A stretch of 61,690 nt of DNA, counting the filler, from Globobulimina sp. (Eukaryota), in NCBI GenBank assembly GCA_003354225.1. It is 22 parts of 22 records of this genome, joined end to end, with 100 filler letters (N's around TTAATTAATTAA, not from the genome) between each part and the next. Parts side by side here need not be neighbours in the genome. Positions count along the whole stretch, not along the records: positions 11,245 to 13,954 come from PIVH01005241.1; positions 14,055 to 16,764 come from PIVH01005242.1; positions 16,865 to 19,574 come from PIVH01005243.1; positions 19,675 to 22,383 come from PIVH01005244.1; positions 22,484 to 25,192 come from PIVH01005245.1; positions 25,293 to 28,001 come from PIVH01005246.1; 16 more parts are not named here. One strand, given 5' to 3'. This document shows positions 13,572 through 25,414 of the stretch, in pieces (positions within the stretch are counted from its first letter, which is position 1; each line of letters begins with the position of its first letter). A model generated the notes under the pieces. That model did not search any database. It had not been told where the DNA came from and was given only the letters and a program-made list of their open reading frames with translations. The position numbers and the translations under genes were made by a program.

Positions 13572-14340
13572 ATATATGCAAGTAATGCAACAATATGTTA
13601 ACGTTTTTTGCAATCTGTTTTGATGGCAATTAAACATCGAAATTGAATTGTTACTAACAGTGTTGTTCTATCATTGTAATGAATTTTTGATCTAATTTCA
13701 GTTTATAATTGCCTCTCCTTCGAAGTATTAAATTTGTTAACCCCAAAGTTTTACTTTGTAGCAAACAAAACTATCAAAACCATGCAGAATTCAAAATCCC
13801 CGCCAGTGCTGATGGAAGTAATTACTCCCATAACTCCATTCAACCCAGCAACGCGATTATTACCGCCGAATAAAAACAATAATGCTTTAAGCACCAAATG
13901 TTTATTAATCTATGCCTTTATTCACTTGTTCATTGCAGTAACATTGATTGTATTNNNNNNNNNNNNNNNNNNNNNNNNNNNNNNNNNNNNNNNNNNNNTT
14001 AATTAATTAANNNNNNNNNNNNNNNNNNNNNNNNNNNNNNNNNNNNNNNNNNNNGTTTCGTTAGCTAGAGTGGTTTTCAACTTCGAATACAAGTAATTGC
14101 TAGGAATACATGTGTACGTGTGTCATTGTGTGTGTTTTCCCTTTTTTCCATTGCTAAATCACTCATTCCCATTGATGATGATGCAGGCTTTTACATCATG
14201 TTTCTCGAGACAATTGTGAGTTCATTGTGCGGTAAAAGTTAACTCCTCACTCTCTTCTGTTCCTTGGTGAGCCTCACTTTTTTAGTAGTGGCACACCTCT
14301 GAGATACTAGTTTACTTGAAAGTTTTTGTGTTTTTTTGCC

Positions 14341-16764
14341 ATGTCTCTGTTTCAGGTACGTGAATGGTGGGCTATTAAATGTGGTGAGAATGAAGAGTTT
14401 GATCAAAATCACCTTATTGTCGGAAATATTGACAATGATCCAAATAATGCAGATAAAATAATGACTGCTAGTTTAGAAGGAATAATTCGAATTTATTTAC
14501 CGACACAATCCGAGTATAAAGTACAGGATTTAATATTAGAGCTAGATCTGAAACAACCAATTCTTCAAATCGCTCTTGGCAAATTTTTATCGTTACGCAT
14601 TTATTCTAAAATATAAATACAAAAAAATATCATGATTTTTTTTTCAATTCGTAGCAATGATAAAAGTAATTTTTTAGCAGTACTACATTCCAGGCAATTA
14701 TGCGTTTATTCAGTAAACGCAATCGGTGGATTTGGCGGAAAAGCTCAATATTATGACTTAATAAAAAAATATAATCATAATTTAGATCGAAATGCATTTA
14801 ATTTTATTCACGGACCATTCGGGGAAACACAAGAACAGTATGTTGATAGAGACATGTTTTCGGACAGTATTTGTGTCCAATCATTAGATGGTAAATTTTG
14901 GGTTTTCCAACAAGAACATTTCCTGTTCGCAAGAGATTGGAACAATTTCCTTATTCCTGGCTGTATTGTTTATGTTCAATGCATCGATTCTATCATCACA
15001 ATGACCGCTGACATGAAACTGTATTCGTACAGGTATACAATTTATAACTCTCTCGGAATTTTAATAATTGTTTTTTTGAAGTTACGCAGTTTTATCTACG
15101 TCCGAACCACGAAAATTACAGAATTTGTCTTTCGATGAAGAAAAAGAAAACAAAAACGAAAATGAAAGCAATTCCAAATCATTTCATAAAAATTGGTGTA
15201 TACATCTATGCGATCATGGCATAAAAATAATTTGTGCGCAATTTACAGATACATTATCGAGATCAGACGTAGATATTATAGTTTTATGTGAAAAAAGTTT
15301 ATTTGTTGTAGCGACCAATGGGAATATAAAATGGCAAAAGAAATTAGATTACAATCCATCGACAATGACACCGTATCAATATAAAAATAATCGTATGGAT
15401 AATCCAATGGATAATGTGATTATCGGTACTTTTCAAGATTCAATATCAATATATTCAAATTGTAAACTGATTTGGTCGTCGCGATTAATGTACAGTCCAA
15501 TTGATATTAGAATTGGTTCGTTTGGCGGCATTGCTGGCTTTCAAATAATATTAGCAGATGATGGGCATTTAATGATTGGTTATTTAGGCACAGACCCATC
15601 GGGTTACAAACCCATTCATGTTGAACATGATTCGAATAATATGGATTGGCAGCAAATGGAAAAAGACATGAAGTGCAGCAAAGATACCATAGAAATGTTG
15701 GAAACTAATAATAAGAATAATGAATCGATTGAAAATTATATTACATTGGATATTGATCACAATCATTCAAAAACAGAATGGGTTGAAAACGGATATATAT
15801 TGAATGAAAAATATAATAATGAATTAATTTGCGATTCAATGAAACGCGTAAAATCGTTTAAAACATTATTAATAATTAAATATGAAGGAAGAAGACGTAT
15901 ATCGGACATATCTGACATACAAATTACTATTCATACGGATGACGCATTTATTTGCAATCAACCATTTATACGCATCACTTCCATGAATAATGATTGTGTC
16001 GAATTTGAACTGGTGTTTTACTGCAAAAAAGCTGTCATTGCCAACAGTCGCGAATGTAATATATATGTCATATATTTGAGCGGTGAAAATGATATAATTC
16101 AAACAAATCAACTCTTATTTGAATTGCCATTTAATTTACTTTTATATGCATCGAAGTCGCCAATCAAAAATACAAACCCATATAGTATCACATTAGAAAT
16201 ATCAAATCAATCAATCAATAAATCATTATTACCAACACAGCTATTTTCAGATATTGTGCTTGATGATAATGACAAGGAAAACAATCCAGATTCGCATGCA
16301 TTAACATTAATATTTTATTGTCACAATTATGATATTACATTATTATTATCGCGGAAAGGAAATAGAATTAGAATTCAATGTGGTGATGACAACAAGTACA
16401 TAATTTCAATGCTTTTAAATGAATTAATACGCAGATTGAATAAATTAAACATAAAAACAACATTGAAAGAGACTCAGCTGCCATCGGCAATGGATTATTA
16501 TTTTGAAAGTATGAGAAATAGATATGATATATTCCAACAAATAAAAGGTTTCGAAAATAATTTAGAAAAATTATCAAATCAATTCCGAGTCATTCAAAAA
16601 CGTTTATTGATGAGATATAAAAATAAAAACCCAACGCCATTAAATGAAATGGACACTTTATTAAAATTAACATATGAGAATATAATTAATGATACCAATG
16701 AATTGGAAAAATTAAACAATAATTTTCTTGATATAAGCGCGAAATTATGGCATTGGACAAAATT
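14341..16764 (+). CDS. BBS9: Bardet-Biedl syndrome 9 / PTHB1 (BBSome subunit), 3'-truncated; exons 14341-14591, 14655-15032, 15082->16764
   Basis: MSLFQVREWW N-terminus, ICVQSLDG, YLGTDPS and QFRVIQKRLL motifs. Two GT-AG introns (63 and 49 nt) restore the frame. Confidence 0.95.
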
Positions 16765-16885
16765 NNNNNNNNNNNNNNNNNNNNNNNNNNNNNNNNNNNN
16801 NNNNNNNNTTAATTAATTAANNNNNNNNNNNNNNNNNNNNNNNNNNNNNNNNNNNNNNNNNNNNCAACAACAAAACGCTAAGAAC

Positions 16886-17110
16886 GACTCAGTAGCTCAA
16901 TAATAGAGCGTGTGTCTGCAGCTTCGGCTGTTCCACCCACAATTCTCTTTGAATTAACATTTCTAGTTTTCAGAAACGTTAATGAAGATTTGCACAACCT
17001 GCAAAACTAAATTTAATCCTCATTATTCATCAATATGTAAATGTTTACAGCTAAATTAAATGTTGTGGATATAACTCACATAGATGCAGGTTTAAATCCT
17101 GCCTGAGTCA
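16886..17110 (+). tRNA. tRNA-Cys(GCA)-like gene or pseudogene with a 153-nt insert (16922-17074) after position 37
   Basis: Acceptor stem GACTCAG/CTGAGTC, D-stem GCTC/GAGC, anticodon arm TGTGT-CT-GCA-G...C-TCACA, T-arm GCAGG-TTTAAAT-CCTGC and a downstream T-run. The D-loop lacks GG and the T-loop lacks TTC. Confidence 0.6.
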
Positions 17111-17309
17111 TTCATTATTTTTTCCATGTTTATAATTGTAAATTCTGTCTCAAATTGAATTAATCTTAATTTGAAGTTGCGTTAAATATTGTAAAATAAT
17201 TGTGATCAATGACAATAACAAAAAGACAGCAACTGGAAGTGTCGAGGAGTTCGTCATGATTTTTGTAACATTTTTAATTCAAAAACTACAAACTACTCAA
17301 ACTTTCATC

Positions 17310-18015
17310 ATGAACGATACAGTAAATGTAAAATGCACAGTGGTTGGTGATGGTGCTGTTGGTAAAACATGTCTTGTTAATTAAATTATGCATTCAGACA
17401 ATAATATATATAATAAATATTAAACGCAATTTGATGCAAATATACAGTTAGTTTGCTATACCAAAAATGAATTCCCATCGCAATATGTTCCAACAGTGTT
17501 TGACAACCATTCAACAATGGTTATGTGTGACGGCAAAGTAGTCAGCCTTCAGTTATGGGACACTGCCGGCCAGGAAGATTATGATCGATTGCGACCATTG
17601 TCCTATCCAGGAACGCAAGTATTTTTATTATGTTATTCAACAATAAGTAGAACATCATATGCAAATTGTGAAAATCGATGGATCCCTGAATTAAAACATC
17701 ATTGTCCCAATGTACCAATAATACTCGTTGCCACTAAAACCGATATTCGTGAAGAAAATAACCCAAACCATATAAGCGCACATGAAGGACAAAAATTAAT
17801 TAAACAATTGTCTGCTGTGGCTTATGTTGAATGTTCTGCCAAAACCATGAATAATATCAATGGTGTTTTCGATGTCGCCATCAGGTATAATCCGTAACAT
17901 CACTCTCAAAAAAATCGCCAATGCGAAACAGCGCTATTTATTTTTCACACACAGAGCTGTATTAAATCCAAAGAAAAAGAAAAGGAAAATAAAAAATCCA
18001 TGCACCATATTGTAA
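17310..18015 (+). CDS. RAC: Rac/Rho-family small GTPase; exons 17310-17375, 17448-17884, 17955-18015
   Basis: GDGAVGKT, YVPTVFDN, LWDTAGQEDYDRLRPLSYP, TKTD, ECSA, a polybasic tail and CaaX (CTIL). Introns of 72 and 70 nt splice in frame. Confidence 0.95.
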
Positions 18016-18499
18016 AATTGCATCAATACAAATAAAATTATAAAATGCAATAATTTTTCAAACTTTGAGTGTGTTTTAAGTAAGTTTTTGCTTTTTTAAA
18101 TTCTTTTTTTTAATTTTTCGTTTGTGTCTGCTCAGATAATAAATTGTTTAAGGAATTGAGATCCTTCTCTTATTATTACTACATACTGTTTTTTAATAAT
18201 TGTTTGCTGAAACACAATAAAATAAACAGAGGGAACAAAAAATTAAATTTAAACAGGACGAAACCATAAAAAAACAAACATACAAGAGATTGAAGAAAAC
18301 ATGTGAGAGAAAAAAAGGTCATATAGAAAATTCTAAAATTATAACGAAAAAAAAAAGATAAAAAGAGAGTTACAAAAAAAAATAAGGAGAGATAAAATAT
18401 AATTTTACAAAAACAAAAATATTCCATGCACATAAAATAGAAGAAAGGTGTCAACAATCTCGATATATGCCGCCATTGCCATATATATTGAATTCAAAA

Positions 18500-19111
18500 C
18501 TACTCATAATACTTATCATTATCCTCCGGTTTATTAACTTGTTTGTTCGGGTCATACATTAAATCATTTTCACCAAACTGTTCATAATTTGACTTATTAT
18601 GCTTAATCCTATTTTGTCTGCGTTTATACATTTCATTATATCGTCGCGGATATTTGGGATGCAATCCATTGTTGTTTTGCTGTCCAATAAGATGAGCAAT
18701 GGCAGCAAAGGGCTGTGCATAGCACGGTATACTCATTGGATTCTGTGTATATGATTTTGTTTTCGTTCTGCCACTCCCACCGCCGGTCAGCCCCATCTTC
18801 AACGCCGTCAATCCTTTTGTTACTCCTTTTAATCCTTTCACATTGTTCAAATTGTTGGTGCTGTGCGCGTTCAATGTCGACGCATACTTCGAGATCATGT
18901 CTGAAAATATGTTTTTTTAGTTTTTACACACAAACAAAGCAATATAGAGTACTAAACAAGCAACCACCGTCCATCGAAAATTCCTAGCTTTCTGGTTCAA
19001 GTGCTTGAGATGGCACAGTCCCTTGGCCCACATGGTGCGGTCCGAGCAGTTGGCCAATTGCAAGAGCGGGATCGATCGGAGATTTTTGTCCAGCTCGAAG
19101 AGACGATCATC
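18500..19111 (-). CDS. 5'-truncated gene; penultimate exon resembles the C-terminal part of a ubiquitin C-terminal hydrolase (peptidase C12)
   Basis: Exon 19111-18958 reads DDRLFELDKNLRSIPLLQLANCSDRT...FRWTVVA (compare UCH L-Y-E-L-D-G...RF-x-x-x-A). A 57-nt intron (18957-18901) joins it in frame to ORF 18500-18898. Confidence 0.45.
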
Positions 19112-19530
19112 CTATGCGCTGGTCAAGCAAAATTCGGGCAACAATCGGTTTCATTGGCGTGGTACCGTGGTTACGCTATGTAGCTGTCGTGAGCTCGTAA
19201 CCGATTGGGTTACCCGATTATTAGAAATCCTTATAACCCATTTGATTGGTGTTTTCAGCTGCCATAACCTGTTGGATTGGTGTTATCATCTCGACGAAAC
19301 CGATTAGGTAGTAATTATGAGCATGCACAACGTGTTCGATTGCGATACCCGCGAACCTCAAATCGATTTGATACCGATTAGCGCATGTCAAAACCGATTC
19401 GATTGTAATTGGTCCAGAGGTCGAACCTGTTGGGTACCAATTTTACTGATCTCGAACAGGTTAGATTATGCGTGATAATCGTAATTAATCGATTAATCGT
19501 AATTGTCCCAACAATTGATTCCGAGCCTTG

Positions 19531-19574
19531 ATGTCAATGTCAATGTCAATGTCATGTCAATGTCATGTCATGTC
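19531..19574 (+). repeat. (ATGTCA/ATGTC)n microsatellite at contig end
   Basis: Tandem units are directly visible. Confidence 0.9.
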
Positions 19575-19674
19575 NNNNNNNNNNNNNNNNNNNNNNNNNN
19601 NNNNNNNNNNNNNNNNNNTTAATTAATTAANNNNNNNNNNNNNNNNNNNNNNNNNNNNNNNNNNNNNNNNNNNN

Positions 19675-20250
19675 CATGTAGTAGGACATAGTCGAATAAA
19701 CAACTCAAGTAACTAACTAAGTAGTTAAATGTATAGAAACGAATTCCTACTTAACATGTCACTTTGTAACATTTTTTGACTCGTGGGAAAAACGATATAT
19801 ATTAATAAAAAAAAAATTTCTAGTACTCAAAATGAGCACGATTGGTGATCTCGCGACGGTGGAGTTATTAAGTTCAAAATTTTGGTGTTGAATCATTTTT
19901 TGTCGTATCGAATAATATTCCTCCGTACACCCAAGTGCATAAATATCTTAATAATTGTTTATAGATAGATTATGACACTAGATTAGCATACTAAGCGAAA
20001 TATTCAGACAGGATACTTAATGATACAACGCTATCGCACTCGAAGGTGGCCTTTTGGCATAACTCTCGGTAACCTCCCCCTGGTAAGAGGGTGCACGTGG
20101 GAAACGGTAGCATCTACATTCATGTAGTGAAACATAGTCGAATAAACAACTCAAGTAACTAACTAAGTAGTCAAATGTATAGAAACGAATTCCTACTTAA
20201 CATGTCACTTTGTAACATTTTTTGACTTGTGGGAAAAACGATATATATTA
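19675..20250. repeat. ~130-bp direct repeat (19675-19804 and 20121-20250; period 446 bp)
   Basis: Both copies read CATGTAGT...GGGAAAAACGATATATATTA with only a few substitutions. Confidence 0.95.
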
Positions 20251-20335
20251 TCTAGTCCTAAGGGAATGTTTGGTAATATATATATTAATTGAATATTCCC
20301 TAGCGAATATTCCCTTAAGACTAGATAATATATAT
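20241..20335. repeat. 27-bp inverted repeat (1 mismatch)
   Basis: ATATATATTATCTAGTCCTAAGGGAAT (20241-20267) versus ATTCCCTTAAGACTAGATAATATATAT (20309-20335). Confidence 0.9.
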
Positions 20336-20379
20336 ATTAATTGATTGGCGGAGTTGCATAACTATGAGGCTTTTAGCAT

Positions 20380-20561
20380 AGCCAGACAGCCAGACAGCCA
20401 GACAGACAGACAGACAGACAGCCAGACAACCAGACAGCCAGACAGCCAGACAGCCAGCCAGACAGCCAGCCAGACAGCCAGACAGCCAGACAGCCAGACA
20501 GACAGCCAGACAACCAGACAGACAGCCAGACATCCAGACAGACAGCCAGACAGCCAGACAG
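20380..20561 (+). repeat. (CAGA/CAGC)n compound microsatellite
   Basis: About 180 bp of tetranucleotide units. Confidence 0.97.
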
Positions 20562-20681
20562 TGCTAGAAAATGAGCGATCTATAGCTCGCCATTATTTGC
20601 AGCCAAATATGCTATTTATTCACGACATTTTATCATCCAAATTTATTATGGTATCTGTGGCGGCGAAGCCGCCTCATCATA

Positions 20682-21212
20682 TTATTTTGCTATCTCTGGC
20701 GGCTTGGTGACATAGGAGTTAAGGTCAGTGGTCTCGTAGGTATTCATTGCTTTATAGTCGGAAAGATAGTGTTGCATGACACGGAATGGGTGGTAGGGAT
20801 TTAATCTGTTTACAATTTGCATGTGTTGTTTTTTGACAATGATGGGACGCAGCTCAGAGGGACTGGTTACAGTGTCAAAGGGATCAACAATTGTTTCTTC
20901 ATTGTTATGCATTTGTGGAGCTGGCGGCAGCCATTTTGTTTTTAGATCGGAGTATTGTTTGAAGAGCGTGTAATTTAAGCGGTTGTCGGATTTGTTCCAT
21001 ATGTGCATATAGGATATTGGCTCTTTTTTACAAAGCTTCCAATAAAAAGATAATTTTAGGACCGTCCATCTTTCAATCGGCGATGGGATGCCCGCAAATA
21101 TCGAGAATTGGTCAGGAATGAAATTTTTTATGCCAGTATTTCGAGTTATTGTTTGTGTTTGTTTCTGTGCTGCTTCTTGTAGATTAATTTGTGTACCGTC
21201 AAGCTGACTCAA
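20682..21212 (-). CDS. Hypothetical ORF
   Basis: 176-codon open frame in AT-rich DNA; no motif recognised. Confidence 0.35.
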   Translation of the reverse strand: MSQLDGTQINLQEAAQKQTQTITRNTGIKNFIPDQFSIFAGIPSPIERWTVLKLSFYWKLCKKEPISYMHIWNKSDNRLNYTLFKQYSDLKTKWLPPAPQMHNNEETIVDPFDTVTSPSELRPIIVKKQHMQIVNRLNPYHPFRVMQHYLSDYKAMNTYETTDLNSYVTKPPEIAK

Positions 21213-21309
21213 GGAAGATGTTTTTACATTTATGTCATGGAATTAACAATAATCAGCAGATAGTGTTTTTACAAGTGCAATGACTGCGCAATATAAGAGC
21301 GGATATTTA

Positions 21310-22023
21310 TTATCCTTTACACCGAAAATACATTTCAAAAAATTTGACATATTGAGTTGTAGTTTGGTATTTTGTGGATGGATACCAAAACACAGTAGAA
21401 CAGAATTTTAATTTGCGAAGAATTGCTTTGTTTTCTTTTTTTTCCCGATCCACTAAGCTGATACAAATTCCTTTTGTAGCCTTATTTTGTTCAATCTGTT
21501 TGATAAAAAATAAATATGATCCATGGCATTTTAATTCAACATCAATTGACAACTTACAATGATACACTTTTTCGTCATTGACACTATGACTGTTCTCAAA
21601 ACTGTTCATAACCTCACTTTTATAGATAATGTTTCCTTTCCCTGGTTCCTGACAATTATGTTTGTCAAATAATTGAATTGCTACATAATAGTCTCTCGCC
21701 GAATGATGTATGCCTCGAAAGGGAAATGTTATTTCAGTTAAAACATATGCTTTATTTGGCAATGATGTTGTTTGCGGCGTATTTATTACAACACATAATT
21801 CATACGATTCGTGTCCCGGTGAAAATGTACATACGTTTGACTTCGCAGTCCCTTCCATTGTGGTTTCCAAATAATATAAATAAGAGCATATTTTTAGCAT
21901 AATTTCCTGCGGGATATTATTTTTTGCAATCATAAATGAAGAACGTATGGCTGTGAATATTGTTGCTAATGGATCGGAACTATGCGACAATGCATCAAAA
22001 TCAAAATCTACTGTTTCAGCCAT
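21310..22023 (-). CDS. Hypothetical protein with F-box-like IPQEIMLKICSYL segment
   Basis: 237-aa ATG-initiated ORF. Confidence 0.6.
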   Translation of the reverse strand: MAETVDFDFDALSHSSDPLATIFTAIRSSFMIAKNNIPQEIMLKICSYLYYLETTMEGTAKSNVCTFSPGHESYELCVVINTPQTTSLPNKAYVLTEITFPFRGIHHSARDYYVAIQLFDKHNCQEPGKGNIIYKSEVMNSFENSHSVNDEKVYHCKLSIDVELKCHGSYLFFIKQIEQNKATKGICISLVDREKKENKAILRKLKFCSTVFWYPSTKYQTTTQYVKFFEMYFRCKG

Positions 22024-22100
22024 TGTCCTTATATTTTACGAAAAATGTTGAAGTGAAAATCTTTTTTTCTTCACTCAAACCAATCCCGCACACTAAAACA

Positions 22101-22383
22101 ATGAAATTCGGAGCGGGAGTGGCAGCATACACAATCATAGCAATAATCCTACATTGCTTGTTCATCGCCTACTGTTTCCTCCAACGCCGAATCGACTGCG
22201 TGGGCAACCGCACCGATCCAATCTCCAAAGAGTTTGAGCTATTCCTGGTTTGGGCCATCATCTACTTCCCTTTCTTGCTATTATGCGCTTTCTACACATT
22301 GCTATTCCGAATGTGTCGCTCTTTCTTGTGTTCCTGTTGGGAATGCTGCGGTAATAACGTCAACGGCAAACATGCCACCAAAT
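22101..22383 (+). CDS. 3'-truncated membrane protein
   Basis: MKFGAG start, two hydrophobic helices and a Cys cluster. Confidence 0.5.
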
Positions 22384-22483
22384 NNNNNNNNNNNNNNNNN
22401 NNNNNNNNNNNNNNNNNNNNNNNNNNNTTAATTAATTAANNNNNNNNNNNNNNNNNNNNNNNNNNNNNNNNNNNNNNNNNNNN

Positions 22484-24551
22484 ATATATATCTCATAAAA
22501 CAGTTTGCAACAGTCATACAATCCTATGTGATACATTTAGAAAATGCTATCAAGATGGAACATTACAATGCATTGATGATGGGTATGATTGTACTCTGTA
22601 TTGTGGAACTGTAGACAATGAAGGATGTGCATCTGCCGTATTTAACTGCGTCAATGGGAGAGGATGTACAGTGTTCTGTGAGAATTTTAAAGCGTGTGAC
22701 AACATGATAATCAATGCAAATTCTGCAACATTTCTCAGCGTTGAAATGCCTTACAATCCCGCTGCATCGAGTGCGCTATCGTACGCAACTATAAATTGTG
22801 ACAATACACCAATATGCAGTGTAGAATGTGCTGACCGATTTCAGTCATGTTGGAATACAAATATTAATGCAGAAAATGCTGGGCGTCTTAATGTACATTG
22901 TGATGTTGGGAATGCTAATGAACACTGCAGTTATTCCACCATAAAATGCCCCAAATATACACCAACGTGTTATATATATGCGGATATGGCCATGCGTTCT
23001 ATGTCAATATATTCTCAAATGGGATTCAATGGGGTTGAAATATGTGGTGGAAGTGTGCCATATATATCTATTGGAACATTATATTGCCAATCAGGCTATA
23101 CACAAAGATGTGTGGTTGATGCAACGCTCCCCAATAAATGTCAAACTGCAAATTCATGCGATGACAGCGACGGAGGAACAGTGATGAGTTGCCCTCCCAC
23201 ACCACCACCAGCCCCACTTCCTACAGTCGCAATACCTTCAGCTACTCCTAATCCAACACCGTCCCCAACGCCTTCACCAACGCCTTCTCCAACGCCTTCA
23301 CCAACGCCTGCTCCAATCACGCATGCTCCAACCGGATATCCAACGCCTCGACCAACACCTTCTCCAACTCCTTCACCAACGCCTTCTCCAACTCCCTCAC
23401 CAACTCCTTCACCAACGCCATCTCCAACATATCAGCCAACGCCTTCACCAACACCCGCACCCACTAAAAATCCAACCCCTGCTCCCACATCGGATCCAAC
23501 TAGAAATCCCACGCTATCCCCAACCAAAAACCCCATTATATCACCAACTAGAAATCCCACAGTATCCCCAACTAAAAATCCGACCATACCTCCAACCAAA
23601 AATCCCACACGGTTTCCAAGTACAAGTCCGACCACTTCTGCCCCAACGACCATAGCGCCCACTACAGATCCCACCAAATCTCCCACTAAAAATCCCACCG
23701 TATCTCCCACTAAGAATCCCACACTGTTTCCCAGTCAAAGTCCGACACTTTCCCCAACGACATCGCATCCGACAACATCCCCAACAATTAATCCATCCAC
23801 GTCGCCAACAAACGATCCAACCCATATACCATCATTAGAACCAACCACATCACATCCCACAGTCAATCCGACCACGGCTACACCAACGATGACCACAATG
23901 AATCCAACATTTTCTCCGTCGAATGCACCAACAATGGCACCCACCGATAGCGAGATGATAGTACATACAGATACAGTGTCGACAATGGTGACGAATAGCG
24001 ACAGTAAAAGGGGCGCGGAATCAGACACTTTGTTGTCGACAATCACCACAAGCACGATATTATCAGTCATGGCTGTGGTGGTTATGTGTTTATTGTCATT
24101 GGTGTGTGTTTTGTTAATATTGATGTATGTTTGCAGAAGGAAGATGAGATTGAAAAAAGAACGCGAACGAAAGGAAATGTCGACGGCCGTGGTGGTATCG
24201 ACAGAGATGGAGAGAGTGCGTAGTGTCAGCAGTCGCGAAATTGGTCAGGGCCGCGGTCAAAGTTTAGGATTTACGGACGGCGGATTTATTCGCAGTAATT
24301 TCAGTTCAGAGGCGTTTGGCACCAATCATCATATCAATGTCTTTAATGATGATTCAGATGATGAGAATGAGGATATTTATGCGAAAGGCAATAATACTGC
24401 AGCTACGACACCTGGCGCTACCACCATTGGCCATGGATGTATTACCATTAAGCCTGAGGTGAATACGTTTATTCATGGCCATGGCGAAGAGTTTGAGGAG
24501 GATGATGATGATGCGATGTATGATACAATGCATGTGACCACGGCTCGTTAA
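22484..24551 (+). CDS. Type I membrane protein: Cys-rich ectodomain, Pro/Thr mucin-like stalk, TM helix, acidic cytoplasmic tail; 5'-truncated
   Basis: 626-aa ORF with (PTxx)n repeats at about 23190-23945 and a TM helix [26 protein letters not shown] followed by RRK. Confidence 0.85.
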
Positions 24552-25414
24552 TTAATTAAAGTGTATTATTTATTATTATAAACAATTATTATCTGCAGTG
24601 TATATAAATAAATTTATTACAGTACTTATTTTTGTGTCTCATTATTTTCCGATGTTTCAAAGACATTAATTTCGAGGGGTTTCAAATATAGGTTATCACA
24701 AAGGCTTTGTATTCCTTTTTTTTCCTTTGTCATAAAACCAAGCCTAAGTATTTGAAAAACCCTAATATTTGAATTTAATACTAAATCAAACTGACTTTGT
24801 TATATTTTCTTTTTTGCGTTTAGGTTAAACTGTAATTGTAATTGTAATTTTTTATTGATGACTAGTTCAACAACACGTTTTTGAAAATCTCTTTCGGAAA
24901 CACTGTATATGTGCCATTTCATATACAAGCATTGACTCACGTTACTGGTCAAGTGTTTTTGTGTTTTATCGATCGGATATCACAAAAATAATTAATTAAT
25001 TAACACAATAAAGCACAAATTTAATCACAAGTTTATATAATTTATAACACATCCAACAGAAACACACATTTATATCACTTCCTCGCCGTCGGAATTAATG
25101 GACGGATCCCGATCCGCGTCAATATCCGAACATATTCTGTCCGATATCATCGTAGTAACATCAATATCAATCAGTCCAATGCTCATTTCCGANNNNNNNN
25201 NNNNNNNNNNNNNNNNNNNNNNNNNNNNNNNNNNNNTTAATTAATTAANNNNNNNNNNNNNNNNNNNNNNNNNNNNNNNNNNNNNNNNNNNNGATGACTA
25301 TTTTAATAACAGAAACACTAAGAATTGAAGAGGTGAATTTCGGTCTGGTGTTACGGAGATTCGTTTCCCCCAAATATAGTAATGTCGGGTTTTAAAATGG
25401 AACTTTTCGACCAT

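Noticed and set aside
16922-17074. Bona fide group I intron in the tRNA
   Set aside because: It is short, no P7 core was recognised, and no U|...G| splice pair restores a 7-nt anticodon loop.
19001-19307. Plus-strand ORFs of 60 and 100 aa
   Set aside because: No motifs; better explained as antisense to a minus-strand exon and intron.
20012-20130. U1 or U2 snRNA, or HDV-like ribozyme, in the 446-bp unit
   Set aside because: Only short matches exist (ATACTTA, CGAAGGTGG, GGCCTTTTGGC, ACC-TCCCCCT-GGT). There is no ACTTACCTG, no correctly placed branch-pairing or Sm site and no P2 partner.
20321-20710. ORFs of 70 and 121 aa
   Set aside because: They are translations of the CAGA/CAGC microsatellite.
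23323-24070. Overlapping alternative-frame and antisense ORFs
   Set aside because: They are shadows of the Pro/Thr repeat coding region.
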